Source of the DNA: a virus
Taxonomy: Duplodnaviria > Heunggongvirae > Uroviricota > Caudoviricetes
Strand: one strand, 5' to 3'
Virus record (IMG/VR): IMGVR_UViG_2529292906_000014
Location: 1-47,310 of that record
DNA length: 47,310 bases
Shown: one piece after another, positions 18,944-28,921 of the stretch
How the letters are laid out: each line of letters starts with the position of its first letter
Numbering within the stretch: position 1 is the first letter of the stretch
Made by a program: the position numbers and the translations under genes
Notes under the pieces: model-generated
The model's input: only the letters and a program-made list of their open reading frames with translations
Told to the model about the DNA's origin: nothing
Database searches by the model: none

Positions 18944-19366
18944 ATGTCAGAAGTAGCTGTTGAACTTGAAGAGGATTCTTGGCCTGACTTTTTCCCGGTT
19001 GGAGTACCGCCGAAATCAGCCGTCCCTGCTGAGGGCGAGTTTTTCCGTTTGGTAAGGTCTAATCCACCAACCCCTGCATGTTTCCTCTCTACACATGAAG
19101 AGTATCCGCAGCGGCACAAAAAGTATCGTGGGGAAGCACTTCAGTGTGTCTATGGAACATCATTCTTTTCAGAATCGCGCGGGGCTACGGATGCAAAAGC
19201 TAAATTTCCTGCAGCTCTTGGTCATCGACTCGTTGCTAGTGGTCAGGTCACCCCCGTTTTCGGAGTAATGAAAAAAACATTTGCCGATCCAGCGCACTAC
19301 ACAATTTGGCTTAAGCGTAATTGTGCTATTCATGAACATTTTCACTGTATAGGAGAAGGCGTATGA
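18944..19366 (+). CDS. hypothetical protein (141 aa), first gene of an uncharacterized two-gene cassette
   Basis: ATG at 18944 (MSEVAVELEEDSWPDFF); His/Cys-rich C-terminus (CAIHEHFHCIGEGV); stop overlaps the next start. Confidence 0.55.
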   Translation: MSEVAVELEEDSWPDFFPVGVPPKSAVPAEGEFFRLVRSNPPTPACFLSTHEEYPQRHKKYRGEALQCVYGTSFFSESRGATDAKAKFPAALGHRLVASGQVTPVFGVMKKTFADPAHYTIWLKRNCAIHEHFHCIGEGV

Positions 19367-20655
19367 GTAACGTTTTTCTACCTAATACAATGATGGGCAC
19401 TCTATGTTACAAAAGAGTTTATGAGTTCTTCGAAGAGCCTCGCTTCTTTTCAGTTGAAAATGAAGTTAGTACACTTTTTATCGTTTACTGGATTGGTGAG
19501 GATGATGAATGTGATAGTTGGTTTATCATACCAATTTCTCCAGGGCGATTAGAGTTGATTGAAAGAAAAAGAATATGTATCCGTGATGCTTTGATTAATC
19601 AGGAGCAAAACTTTTTCTATGAAGCCCATATACCATACGATCGTACAGGCAAAGTGACTTGGCTGAGTAAAAACTTGGTTGATATATTTGAAATACCTTT
19701 GCCTGTTTCTGAACTATATATAAGTTCGGTAGTTCCAGTAATGCCAAATGGTAAACTAGGCGAGGCTATTACTTACTCAACTCATGAGATCCATTTAGAA
19801 AAAAGCTCAAAGAAAAGTGCAAAAAATTTGGTTTTAAGTCATGTGTCAAACGTATGCGACAGATTCAGCGATCTTTATGACAGAATGCTGGAGATGGCAA
19901 AGTGCAAAGATAAATTACGTCCTGTCGATGCGCGGCCTGGTTCCTTTATCATTTCTTTTAAAGCTGAGAAATTACATTCCTTTGAAGACACTTTTAAAGA
20001 ATTAAGCAGGCTGATAGAACTTAGAGCTGATATTATTCCTTTTGTTTTCGAAAAGGGTATTGATGTTCCAGCTTTGACAGATCTCTTACAATCCATAGTT
20101 GAAACCGGAACGAATATGGAACTCAAAAGCAACCAGACAGGTGAATTAGCTTTTGTTATTACAAAAGCTGGTGCTGAGTTCTATTTAAAAAAATTATCAC
20201 GTCTTTCTACCTCATTGGTTGGAGGGCATCAAATACCTCAAGCAGATGTCCTCGAGACAGTTTATAAATTAGTGGAAATTGTTTGGAGTGGCGAACCACT
20301 TACTCCTATTAATACTGGTTTGCAAGATAGACATATCTACTATTATAAGCATGCAGCTAAAGTTTTGGGATTACTTGATAGCTTTGGTAATGTCACAACG
20401 TCTGGTCAACAACTCGTACAAAGTGATGAGATGACTAGACATAAAATTGCAGCGAGAAAATTTGAAGTGAGTCATGTGGGATGGGCTTGGATAAATTGGG
20501 CCAGTGTTGAACATTTATCCCAAATTGATCCTGACAGCGCTTTAGACTTCCTATTGGAGCAATGCCACTCTTTAAGTCGTGATACTATTGAACGACGTGC
20601 TACAACTATTAAACACTGGTGCCGTGAATTGAAAAATTATTATACACCTCTGTAA
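19363..20655 (+). CDS. hypothetical protein (430 aa), AT-rich, no recognisable domain
   Basis: Long uninterrupted ORF, roughly 35% GC over its 5' end versus about 50% in flanking phage genes; hairpin plus T6 terminator right after the stop. Confidence 0.7.
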   Translation: MSNVFLPNTMMGTLCYKRVYEFFEEPRFFSVENEVSTLFIVYWIGEDDECDSWFIIPISPGRLELIERKRICIRDALINQEQNFFYEAHIPYDRTGKVTWLSKNLVDIFEIPLPVSELYISSVVPVMPNGKLGEAITYSTHEIHLEKSSKKSAKNLVLSHVSNVCDRFSDLYDRMLEMAKCKDKLRPVDARPGSFIISFKAEKLHSFEDTFKELSRLIELRADIIPFVFEKGIDVPALTDLLQSIVETGTNMELKSNQTGELAFVITKAGAEFYLKKLSRLSTSLVGGHQIPQADVLETVYKLVEIVWSGEPLTPINTGLQDRHIYYYKHAAKVLGLLDSFGNVTTSGQQLVQSDEMTRHKIAARKFEVSHVGWAWINWASVEHLSQIDPDSALDFLLEQCHSLSRDTIERRATTIKHWCRELKNYYTPL

Positions 20656-20681
20656 AGGATAATTTTCGTAGTTAACAATGA

Positions 20682-20708
20682 ACCACTGACGTCTGTCGGT
20701 GGTTTTTT
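20682..20708 (+). terminator. intrinsic terminator after the two-gene cassette
   Basis: Hairpin CCACTGACG...TGTCGGTGG followed by T6. Confidence 0.6.
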
Positions 20709-20770
20709 AATAGATAATTTCCCACTTATCCACTTGATTTTTGATGGGTCCTCCAAGTGGGGGGCCTGCC

Positions 20771-20790
20771 ACGGGGCGGGAGCGTCGCGG
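20771..20790. other. cos site (cosN-like cohesive end site)
   Basis: ACGGGGCGGGAGCGTCGCGG matches lambda cosN ACGGGGCGGCGACCTCGCGG at 15 of 20 positions; followed by an AT-rich 11-bp-stem hairpin; 170 bp upstream of the small terminase gene. Confidence 0.6.
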
Positions 20791-20959
20791 AAAAAGGCTA
20801 GTTTTTGAAATTTCATTCGTCATCACCACCACTGTAATAGATTGATATTACAGTGGTTTTATTTTTATGGTGTCGATTTTGATTGTTTTTTGTTCATCAC
20901 TAACACCGTTTGCCTAAAGTTGTTCGCAAGATGCATGTTTAAAACATTCTGGAGCGGGT

Positions 20960-21454
20960 ATGGATCGAGAGTTAAAAAATCTGACGCTGAATATCAGTCA
21001 ACTGGCGGCACTGTCAGGTGTACATCGCCAGACTGCTGCGGCAAGGCTGCAAAATCTACCCGTTGCAGGGGGGCATGAAAGCAACCTCAAGCTTTATCGG
21101 GTGGTTGATATTGTGTCGGCATTTCTGGCATTGCCACCGCCGGTTGCAGAAGGCGAAATGGACGCGCATGAGCGCAAAGCCTGGTATCAGTCTGAACGTG
21201 AGCGTCTTAAGTTCGAACAGGAAACGGCACAACTCATTCCGGCCAGTGATGTCAGACGGGAGTTTGCCATCTGGGCAAAAGCGGTCGTGCAGGTGCTGGA
21301 GACATTACCGGATATTTTGGAACGTGACTGCGGTCTGCAGCCTGCCGCTGTGAGCCGTGTTCAGTCCATTATTGATGATCTGCGCGATCAGATAGCCCTG
21401 CGGGTGACTGAAGCAGGTGCGGATGATGAGGAGGAATTACAGCAGGAGGAGTAA
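20960..21454 (+). CDS. terminase small subunit (Nu1-like, HTH)
   Basis: 164 aa with N-terminal HTH (NISQLAALSGVHRQTAAARLQNL) and acidic C-terminus; stop overlaps the large subunit start. Confidence 0.8.
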   Translation: MDRELKNLTLNISQLAALSGVHRQTAAARLQNLPVAGGHESNLKLYRVVDIVSAFLALPPPVAEGEMDAHERKAWYQSERERLKFEQETAQLIPASDVRREFAIWAKAVVQVLETLPDILERDCGLQPAAVSRVQSIIDDLRDQIALRVTEAGADDEEELQQEE

Positions 21455-23556
21455 TGCTGAATCAGGAAACCGCAAAGGCAGCACGAACCGATTCAGGTTA
21501 TATCCTTCGCGCACCGAGACGAATGCGGGTTGCTGATGCCGTTGCTCAGTATATGCGGGTGCCCATGGGGGCAGGGAACTCAGTCCCGTGGGATCCGCTG
21601 GTGGCACCGTATGTTATTGAGCCGATGAACTGCCTGGCCTCGCGTGAATACGACGCAGTGATATTTGTTGGCCCGGCACGAACCGGCAAGACTATCGGCC
21701 TGATTGACGGCTGGGTGATTTACAACGTGATTTGCGATCCTGCTGATATGCTGATCATTCAGATGACGGAGGAAAAAGCCCGCGAACACTCCAAAAAACG
21801 ACTCGCCAGAACGTTTCGCGTCAGCCCGGAAGTGGTCAGTCGCCTGAGTCCGAACAAAAATGACAACAACGTTTATGACAGAACATTCCTTGCTGGTAAC
21901 TACCTGAAAATCGGCTGGCCGTCAGTCAATATCATGTCCTCATCAGATTATAAATGCGTCGCGCTGACGGATTATGACCGTTTTCCGGAAGATATTGATG
22001 GCGAGGGGGATGCTTTCTCTCTTGCCTCAAAACGTACCACCACATTTATGTCCAGCGGTATGACGCTGGTGGAGAGTTCCCCCGGCAGGGATGTGAAGGA
22101 TGTGAAATGGCGACGGACTTCACCGCATGAGGCTCCACCAACCACGGGGATCCTGTCGCTCTATAACCGTGGTGATCGCCGTCGCTGGTACTGGCCCTGT
22201 CCACACTGTGGTGAGTATTTTCAGCCCTGCGGCGATGTGGTTGCTGGTTTCCGTGATATTGCCGATCCCGTGCTGGCAAGTGAGGCGGCTTATATTCAGT
22301 GTCCTTCCTGTTCAGGACGGATTATGCCTGAACAAAAACGTGAGCTGAACGGACGTGGGGTCTGGTTGCGGGATGGTGAATCCATCAATGCGGATGGCAG
22401 TCGTTATGGTGATCCCCGACGCTCACGTATTGCGTCATTCTGGATGGAGGGTCCGGCAGCTGCTTACCAGACACTCTCGCAACTCGTTTACAAACTGCTT
22501 ACTGCAGAACAGGAATACGAGACAACCGGAAGTGAAGAAACACTCAAGACGGTTATCAATACCGACTGGGGATTACCTTATCTTCCCCGCGCCAGCATGG
22601 AGCAACGAAAAAGTGAACTGCTTGAGCAGCGGGCAGAGCCAGTTCCTTCCCGCAGTGTGCCGGATGGCGTTAATTTCCTTGTGGCGACAGTGGATGTGCA
22701 GGCGGGACGTCATCGCCGTTTTGTGGTTCAGGTAACGGGCTATGGCAGCCGTGGCGAACGCTGGATTATTGATCGTTACAACATCACGCAGTCATTGCGC
22801 GGTGACAGCGACGGGGAGAGCCAGCGAATTGATCCGGCCAGCTATCCGGAAGACTGGGATGTCCTGCTGACGGATGTTTTTCATAAAAGCTGGCCGCTGG
22901 CCTCCGATCCTTCTCAACAAATGCGACTGATGGCAATGGCGGTGGACTCCGGCGGTGAAGACGGGGTCACTGATAATGCCTATAAATTCTGGCGTCGTTG
23001 CCGTCGTGATGGCCTTGGTAAACGTATTTACCTGTTTAAGGGCGACAGCATCCGGCGCGCAAAACTGATCACCCGTACATTCCCTGATAACACCGGACGA
23101 ACGGGCCGACGGGCGCAGGCCGCAGGTGATGTGCCGCTCTGGCTTCTTCAGACGGATGCACTGAAAGACCGGGTGAATAACGCGTTATGGCGTGACTCGC
23201 CAGGTCCCGGCTATGTGCATTTCCCTGACTGGCTGGGGAGCTGGTTTTACGACGAACTGACGTATGAAGAGCGGAGCAGTGACGGGAAATGGAGTAAGCC
23301 GGGTCGCGGTGCCAACGAAGCTTTTGACCTGATGGTGTATGCCGAGGCTCTGGTCATTCTGCATGGATACGAAAAGATCCGCTGGCCGGATGCACCGGAG
23401 TGGGCGAGCCGGGAAACCTGGCTGGAGTGTGTCCAGGACAGTACCGAACCGTCATCCTCACCGGAACCGGTATCCACGCCTGTTAAAAAACAAAAACGGA
23501 AGAAAACAGTAACTGACGATGTTAACCCCTGGCTGACTTCCGGAGGATGGTTATGA
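21454..23556 (+). CDS. terminase large subunit (GpA-type)
   Basis: 700 aa; Walker A VIFVGPARTGKT; CxxC...CxxC zinc-binding motifs. Confidence 0.9.
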   Translation: MLNQETAKAARTDSGYILRAPRRMRVADAVAQYMRVPMGAGNSVPWDPLVAPYVIEPMNCLASREYDAVIFVGPARTGKTIGLIDGWVIYNVICDPADMLIIQMTEEKAREHSKKRLARTFRVSPEVVSRLSPNKNDNNVYDRTFLAGNYLKIGWPSVNIMSSSDYKCVALTDYDRFPEDIDGEGDAFSLASKRTTTFMSSGMTLVESSPGRDVKDVKWRRTSPHEAPPTTGILSLYNRGDRRRWYWPCPHCGEYFQPCGDVVAGFRDIADPVLASEAAYIQCPSCSGRIMPEQKRELNGRGVWLRDGESINADGSRYGDPRRSRIASFWMEGPAAAYQTLSQLVYKLLTAEQEYETTGSEETLKTVINTDWGLPYLPRASMEQRKSELLEQRAEPVPSRSVPDGVNFLVATVDVQAGRHRRFVVQVTGYGSRGERWIIDRYNITQSLRGDSDGESQRIDPASYPEDWDVLLTDVFHKSWPLASDPSQQMRLMAMAVDSGGEDGVTDNAYKFWRRCRRDGLGKRIYLFKGDSIRRAKLITRTFPDNTGRTGRRAQAAGDVPLWLLQTDALKDRVNNALWRDSPGPGYVHFPDWLGSWFYDELTYEERSSDGKWSKPGRGANEAFDLMVYAEALVILHGYEKIRWPDAPEWASRETWLECVQDSTEPSSSPEPVSTPVKKQKRKKTVTDDVNPWLTSGGWL

Positions 23557-23765
23557 ACCAGAATGATATCGAAGCCATGATTCAGCGTTATATGGAAGCT
23601 GAAATGGCGGTGCTGGACGGAAAATCCGTCACCTTTAATGGTCAGCAGATGACCATGGAAAACTTATCTGAGATCCGGCAGGGACGGCAGGAGTGGGAGC
23701 GCCGCCTTGCGGCTCTGATTACACGACGACGGGGGCATCCCGGGTACCGGCTGGCGAGGTTCTGA
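23553..23765 (+). CDS. W: head-tail joining protein, gpW-like
   Basis: About 70 aa; GGAGGA 8 nt upstream of the ATG at 23553; gene order terminase-W-portal. Confidence 0.7.
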   Translation: MNQNDIEAMIQRYMEAEMAVLDGKSVTFNGQQMTMENLSEIRQGRQEWERRLAALITRRRGHPGYRLARF

Positions 23766-25273
23766 TGGCAATTCTTGATGATGTGATTGGCGTTTTTTCA
23801 CCTGGATGGAAAGCGGCAAGGCTGCGTTCCCGTGCGGTGATCCAGGCTTATGAAGCCGTAAAAACGACGCGGACACACAAAGCCCGACGGGAGAACCGAA
23901 CTGCCGACCAGCTAAGCCAGTACGGGGCCGTGTCGTTACGTGAGCAGGCCCGTTACCTTGATAACAACCACGATCTGGTTATTGGTGTATTTGACAAGCT
24001 GGAAGAACGGGTGGTGGGGAAAAACGGGATTATTGTCGAGCCACATCCGGTATTACGCAATGGGGCCATTGCCCGTGATCTGGCAGCGGAGATTCGCACC
24101 CGATGGAGTGAATGGTCTGTCAGCCCGGAAGTCACCGGGCAGTTTACCCGTCCGATGCTGGAACGTCTGATGCTGCGTACCTGGCTGCGCGATGGTGAGG
24201 TGTTTGTCCAGATGGTTTCCGGGCGCATAAACAGCCTGACGCCTTCTGCCGGTGTTCATTTCTGGCTGGAGGCGCTCGAGCCAGACTTTATTCCCATGAC
24301 CAGTGATGAGAGCAACAGGCTGAATCAGGGCGTGTTTGTTGATGACTGGGGGCGTCCCGAAAAATATCTGGTGTATAAAAGCCGTCCCGTATCCGGACGG
24401 CAGATGGAAACCAAAGAAGTGGATGCAGAGCGAATGCTGCATCTTAAATTTGTTCGCCGTCTGCACCAGATGCGCGGGACGTCTTTGTTGTCCGGTGTGC
24501 TGATCCGCCTCAGTGCCCTGAAAGATTATGAAGATTATGAGCTGACTGCAGCAAGGATCGCCGCTGCTCTGGGGATGTACATCCGCAAAGGCGACGGGCA
24601 GAGCTATGAACCGGATGGTAATGGCAGCAAGGATAAGGAACGCGAGCTTACCATTCAGCCAGGCATTATTTACGACGATCTGAAACCCGGCGAAGAAATC
24701 GGAATGGTGAAGTCGGATCGCCCCAATCCTAACCTTGAAACTTTTCGTAATGGTCAGTTGCGTGCCGTGGCGGCGGGCAGTCGTCTGAGTTTTTCCAGTA
24801 CAGCGCGCAACTATAACGGCACTTACAGCGCCCAGCGTCAGGAGCTGGTTGAATCTACTGATGGCTACCTGATCCTGCAGGACTGGTTTATTGGTGCCGT
24901 CACCCGCCCGATGTATCGTGCATGGCTGAAACAGGCTGTGGCATCCGGTGTTATCAGGCTACCCCGCGATCTTGACCGTTCTTCACTGTATACCGCGGTG
25001 TATTCCGGACCAGTGATGCCGTGGATTGACCCTGTTAAGGAGGCTGAGGCCTGGAAAATCCAGATTCGTGGTGGAGCGGCGACAGAATCAGACTGGGTAC
25101 GTGCAGGTGGTCGTAATCCGGATGATGTCAAACGTCGGCGCAAGGCCGAAATTGATGAAAACCGCAAGCTGGATCTGGTATTTGATACCGATCCGGCCAG
25201 TGATAAAGGAGGCAGCAGTGCCGCAACGAAACGACAGGAGCCGCAGCACACCGACGACCAGTCCGAAGAATAA
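23765..25273 (+). CDS. portal protein (lambda gpB family)
   Basis: 502 aa from MAILDDVIGVF; start overlaps the W stop (TGATG). Confidence 0.85.
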   Translation: MAILDDVIGVFSPGWKAARLRSRAVIQAYEAVKTTRTHKARRENRTADQLSQYGAVSLREQARYLDNNHDLVIGVFDKLEERVVGKNGIIVEPHPVLRNGAIARDLAAEIRTRWSEWSVSPEVTGQFTRPMLERLMLRTWLRDGEVFVQMVSGRINSLTPSAGVHFWLEALEPDFIPMTSDESNRLNQGVFVDDWGRPEKYLVYKSRPVSGRQMETKEVDAERMLHLKFVRRLHQMRGTSLLSGVLIRLSALKDYEDYELTAARIAAALGMYIRKGDGQSYEPDGNGSKDKERELTIQPGIIYDDLKPGEEIGMVKSDRPNPNLETFRNGQLRAVAAGSRLSFSSTARNYNGTYSAQRQELVESTDGYLILQDWFIGAVTRPMYRAWLKQAVASGVIRLPRDLDRSSLYTAVYSGPVMPWIDPVKEAEAWKIQIRGGAATESDWVRAGGRNPDDVKRRRKAEIDENRKLDLVFDTDPASDKGGSSAATKRQEPQHTDDQSEE

Positions 25274-25286
25274 TTCCTGGTTCAGG

Positions 25287-27245
25287 ATGCAGGCTGGTCA
25301 CCAGAGTGACGCGGATATTTATATTTATGACGAGATTGGTTTCTGGGGTGTTACAGCGAAGCAGTTTATCAGTGATCTGAATGCACTGGGCGATATCACC
25401 CACATTAATCTCCATATTAATTCACCGGGTGGCGATGTCTTTGAAGGCATCGCCATTTTTAATGCGCTGAAAACACATGGTGCGTCCATTACCGTTTATG
25501 TCGACGGTGTGGCGGCGTCAATGGCGTCGGTCATTGCGATGGTGGGAAACCCGGTCATTATGCCGGAAAACACCTTCATGATGATTCATAAACCATTTGG
25601 CTTTACGGGCGGTGATGCGGAGGACATGCGCACCTATGCCGACCTGCTCGATAAGGTTGAGGCGGTTCTGTTACCCGCTTATGCACAGAAAACCGGGAAA
25701 ACCACCGATGAAATTGCTGCCATGCTGGCGGATGAGACCTGGATGTCCGGTGCCGAATGTCTGGCACAGGGATTTGCTGATCAGGTGACGCCAGCCGTTA
25801 AGGCAATGGCATGTATTCAGTCAAAACGTACAGAGGAATTTAAAAAGATGCCGGAATCCATTCGAAACATGATTACTCCGCCACGCAACAGTGCTCCACG
25901 CGTACAGGATGATGAACCTGCAGCCTCCCGGACGCCAGTGCAGGCAGCAGCACCCGTGGTGGATGAAAACAGTATCCGTGCGCAGGTACTGGCAGAGCAA
26001 AAAGCGCGTGTAAACGGTATTAATGATCTGTTTGCCATGTTTGGCGGGCGTTATCAGACGCTGCAGGCTCAGTGTCTTGCCGATCCTGAATGTTCGCTGG
26101 AGCAGGCCCGCGAAAAGCTGTTGAACGAGATGGGGCGCGAGTCCACGCCATCCAATAAAAATACCCCGGCTCATATTTATGCCGGAAACGGTAATTTTGT
26201 GGGGGACGGGATCCGCCAGGCGCTGATGGCGCGTGCCGGATTTGAAAAAACCGAACGTGATAATGTCTACAACGGGATGACCCTGCGTGAATATGCCCGT
26301 ATGTCACTGACTGAACGGGGTATTGGGGTTTCCAGTTATAACCCGATGCAGATGGTCGGTGCGGCGTTCACACACAGTACGTCTGACTTCGGTAATATTC
26401 TGCTGGATGTTGCGAACAAAGCCATTCTGCAGGGCTGGGAAGATGCCCCTGAAACCTATGAACAGTGGACGCGGAAAGGTCAGTTGTCTGATTTTAAAAT
26501 TGCCCATCGTGTGGGTATGGGGGGCTTCAGTGCTCTGCGTCAGGTGCGTGAAGGGGCGGAATATAAATACGTCACCACCGGAGATAAACAGGCCACTATT
26601 GCACTGGCGACCTATGGCGAGCTGTTCAGTATCACCCGTCAGGCCATTATCAATGATGATCTGAATATGCTGACCGATGTCCCGATGAAACTGGGCCGTG
26701 CGGCGAAATCCACTATTGCCGATCTGGTTTATGCCATTCTGACGTCTAACCCGAAAATCTCCACAGATAATGTAAGTCTGTTCGATAAAGCGAAACATGC
26801 AAACGTACTGGAGAGCGCTGCAATGGACGTGGCATCGCTGGATAAAGCCCGCCAGTTGATGCGCGTTCAGAAAGAGGGGGAGCGTCATCTGAATATTCGT
26901 CCTGCGTTCGTACTGGTACCGACGGCGATGGAGTCTGTTGCTAACCAGGTCATTCGCTCCTCAAGTGTCAAGGGGGCTGACATTAACGCCGGTATTATTA
27001 ACCCGGTGAAAGATTTTGCGACCGTTATTGCAGAGCCTCGTCTTGATGATAACAGCCAGACCACCTTCTACCTGGCTGCGTCAAAAGGCTCCGATACGAT
27101 TGAAGTGGCTTATCTCAACGGTGTGGATACGCCATATATTGATCAGATGGAGGGCTTCAGTGTGGATGGCGTGACAACGAAAGTGCGTATTGACGCCGGT
27201 GTCGCGCCAGTTGATCACCGCGGTCTGGTGAAATGTACGGCGTAA
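25287..27245 (+). CDS. prohead protease (ClpP/S49-like) fused to major capsid protein
   Basis: N-terminal ClpP-like serine protease motifs (HINSPGGDVFEG, VDGVAASMASVIAMVG) and a C-terminal region of about 330 aa of capsid character. Confidence 0.8.
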   Translation: MQAGHQSDADIYIYDEIGFWGVTAKQFISDLNALGDITHINLHINSPGGDVFEGIAIFNALKTHGASITVYVDGVAASMASVIAMVGNPVIMPENTFMMIHKPFGFTGGDAEDMRTYADLLDKVEAVLLPAYAQKTGKTTDEIAAMLADETWMSGAECLAQGFADQVTPAVKAMACIQSKRTEEFKKMPESIRNMITPPRNSAPRVQDDEPAASRTPVQAAAPVVDENSIRAQVLAEQKARVNGINDLFAMFGGRYQTLQAQCLADPECSLEQAREKLLNEMGRESTPSNKNTPAHIYAGNGNFVGDGIRQALMARAGFEKTERDNVYNGMTLREYARMSLTERGIGVSSYNPMQMVGAAFTHSTSDFGNILLDVANKAILQGWEDAPETYEQWTRKGQLSDFKIAHRVGMGGFSALRQVREGAEYKYVTTGDKQATIALATYGELFSITRQAIINDDLNMLTDVPMKLGRAAKSTIADLVYAILTSNPKISTDNVSLFDKAKHANVLESAAMDVASLDKARQLMRVQKEGERHLNIRPAFVLVPTAMESVANQVIRSSSVKGADINAGIINPVKDFATVIAEPRLDDNSQTTFYLAASKGSDTIEVAYLNGVDTPYIDQMEGFSVDGVTTKVRIDAGVAPVDHRGLVKCTA

Positions 27246-27269
27246 ACGTCGCAGACAACAACTCTGATG

Positions 27270-27288
27270 GCCCGTAAGGGCTTTTTTT
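27270..27288 (+). terminator. weak terminator-like hairpin after the capsid gene
   Basis: GCCC-gtaa-GGGC followed by T7; short stem. Confidence 0.35.
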
Positions 27289-27331
27289 GTACCTGAAATC
27301 AGCCCCTGAACGGGGCTGTGCGGAGACAGTT

Positions 27332-27655
27332 ATGGCAAAGAATTTTGTAGAAGAAGGAAAAACGGTGGCGATTGTTGCCAGTGCAGCCATCAGCAGCGGA
27401 GACCTGGTGCAGGTGGGTGATGTTTTTGCGGTGGCGCTGACCGATATTCCACAGGGTGAAACAGGCGACGGCCTGACCGAAGGTGTGTTTATGCTGCCTA
27501 AGCTGAAAACGGATGACATGAAAACGGGTAAGAAGGTTTATCTGAAGTCCGGAAAAGTTCAGCTGACTAACAGCGGCTCTGATCCGCTGGTCGGGGTTGT
27601 CTGGGCAGATGCCGGAACCAGTGCAGAAGAAGTGCCGGTAAAACTCAATGTCTGA
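27332..27655 (+). CDS. small head-associated protein (DUF2190-like)
   Basis: ATG at 27332 with GGAGAC RBS; about 107 aa beta-rich protein directly after the capsid gene. Confidence 0.55.
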   Translation: MAKNFVEEGKTVAIVASAAISSGDLVQVGDVFAVALTDIPQGETGDGLTEGVFMLPKLKTDDMKTGKKVYLKSGKVQLTNSGSDPLVGVVWADAGTSAEEVPVKLNV

Positions 27656-27923
27656 TCCCTTTTCCCGGCTGGCAGCGCGTATGGATGCGATCACGGTCAG
27701 AAAGATGGGAAAGACAGCCTCGATTAATGATGTCGATATGACTGTGATCCCGGGAGAAACACTGGCAGAGCTGAATGCTCTGTCCGGACCTGCGGTCTCT
27801 CTGGTGGTGTTTTCTTCGGGATACCGCCCACGGCGCGGGGATCGCGTTGTTTATGACGGACAACATTGGACGGTCACACGGCATGAACGCTTTAACGGTA
27901 AGCCAATGATCTTTATTGAGTAA
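27648..27923 (+). CDS. head-tail connector / head completion protein
   Basis: 91-aa ORF between head and tail modules with overlapping start. Confidence 0.55.
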   Translation: MSDPFSRLAARMDAITVRKMGKTASINDVDMTVIPGETLAELNALSGPAVSLVVFSSGYRPRRGDRVVYDGQHWTVTRHERFNGKPMIFIE

Positions 27924-27934
27924 AGAGGTGTGGG

Positions 27935-28513
27935 ATGAAGGGGCTTGAGAATGCCATCCGCAATCTGAACAGCCTTGATACCCGTATGGTGCCACAGGCC
28001 AGCGCATGGGCGATAAACCGTGTGGCACAGAAAGCGGTCTCGGTTGCCACCCGGCAGGTTGCCGGGAATACCGTTGCGGGAGATAACCAGGTGAAAGGGA
28101 TACCCCTGAAACTGGTACGTCAGCGTGTCCGGGTGTTTAAAGCCAGTCCGTCAGGAAAAATGACGGCCAGGATCCGCGTTAACCGGGGCAATCTGCCTGC
28201 CATTAAGCTGGGGACCGCCCGGGTCAGACTGACCCGGCGTGGTGGAAAACTGCAGTACCGTGGCAGCGTGCTGAAGGTGGGTAAATATCTTTTCCGGGAT
28301 GCGTTTATTCAGCAACTGGCGAATGGTCGCTGGCATGTGATGCGGCGTATTGATGGCAAAAATCGTTACCCCATTGATGTGGTGAAAATCCCTCTGTCCG
28401 GACCGCTGACACAGGCATTTGAAGATGCCCGCGACCGCATCATTGCTGCGGAAATGCCGAAACAGCTGGGGTATGCACTGAAACAACAACTGAGGTTATG
28501 GCTGACCCGATGA
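27935..28513 (+). CDS. Z: minor tail protein Z (tail completion)
   Basis: 192 aa, gpZ-family sequence and position before U. Confidence 0.8.
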   Translation: MKGLENAIRNLNSLDTRMVPQASAWAINRVAQKAVSVATRQVAGNTVAGDNQVKGIPLKLVRQRVRVFKASPSGKMTARIRVNRGNLPAIKLGTARVRLTRRGGKLQYRGSVLKVGKYLFRDAFIQQLANGRWHVMRRIDGKNRYPIDVVKIPLSGPLTQAFEDARDRIIAAEMPKQLGYALKQQLRLWLTR

Positions 28514-28911
28514 ACCGACATACACAAATCCGCCAGGTCGTACTGGCACGCCTTCGGGAACAGTGTGGAGACAGCGCCACGTTTTTTGACGGGCTTCCGG
28601 CATTTGTTGATGCGCAGGAACTGCCTGCCGTGGCGGTGTGGCTGAGTGATGCTCAGTACACCGGAAAAATGACGGATGAAGATGACTGGCAGGCTGTTCT
28701 GCATATTGCTGTCTTCATCCGGGCACAGGCACCGGATTCAGAGCTGGATATGTGGATGGAGAGCACCATTTTCCCGGCCCTGAATGATGTACCGGTACTT
28801 TCCGGACTCATCGACACCCTGATCCCACTCGGTTTTAACTATCAACGTGATAATGAGATGGCCACCTGGGCGATGGCGGAAATCACGTACCAGATCACGT
28901 ACACGAATTAA
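28498..28911 (+). CDS. U: tail terminator protein U (true start possibly 28510)
   Basis: Recognisable similarity to lambda gpU (...ATFFDG...PAVAV.L...YTG...). Confidence 0.8.
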   Translation: MADPMNRHTQIRQVVLARLREQCGDSATFFDGLPAFVDAQELPAVAVWLSDAQYTGKMTDEDDWQAVLHIAVFIRAQAPDSELDMWMESTIFPALNDVPVLSGLIDTLIPLGFNYQRDNEMATWAMAEITYQITYTN

Positions 28912-28921
28912 GGAGGTGGCA

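Noticed and set aside
18829-19119. 96-aa minus-strand ORF
   Set aside because: Overlaps the start of the plus-strand cassette gene and the upstream intergenic region; low-complexity translation
25026-25286. Upstream extension of the protease-capsid ORF to 739 aa
   Set aside because: It overlaps the 3' end of the portal gene in another frame; ATG at 25287 directly follows the portal stop
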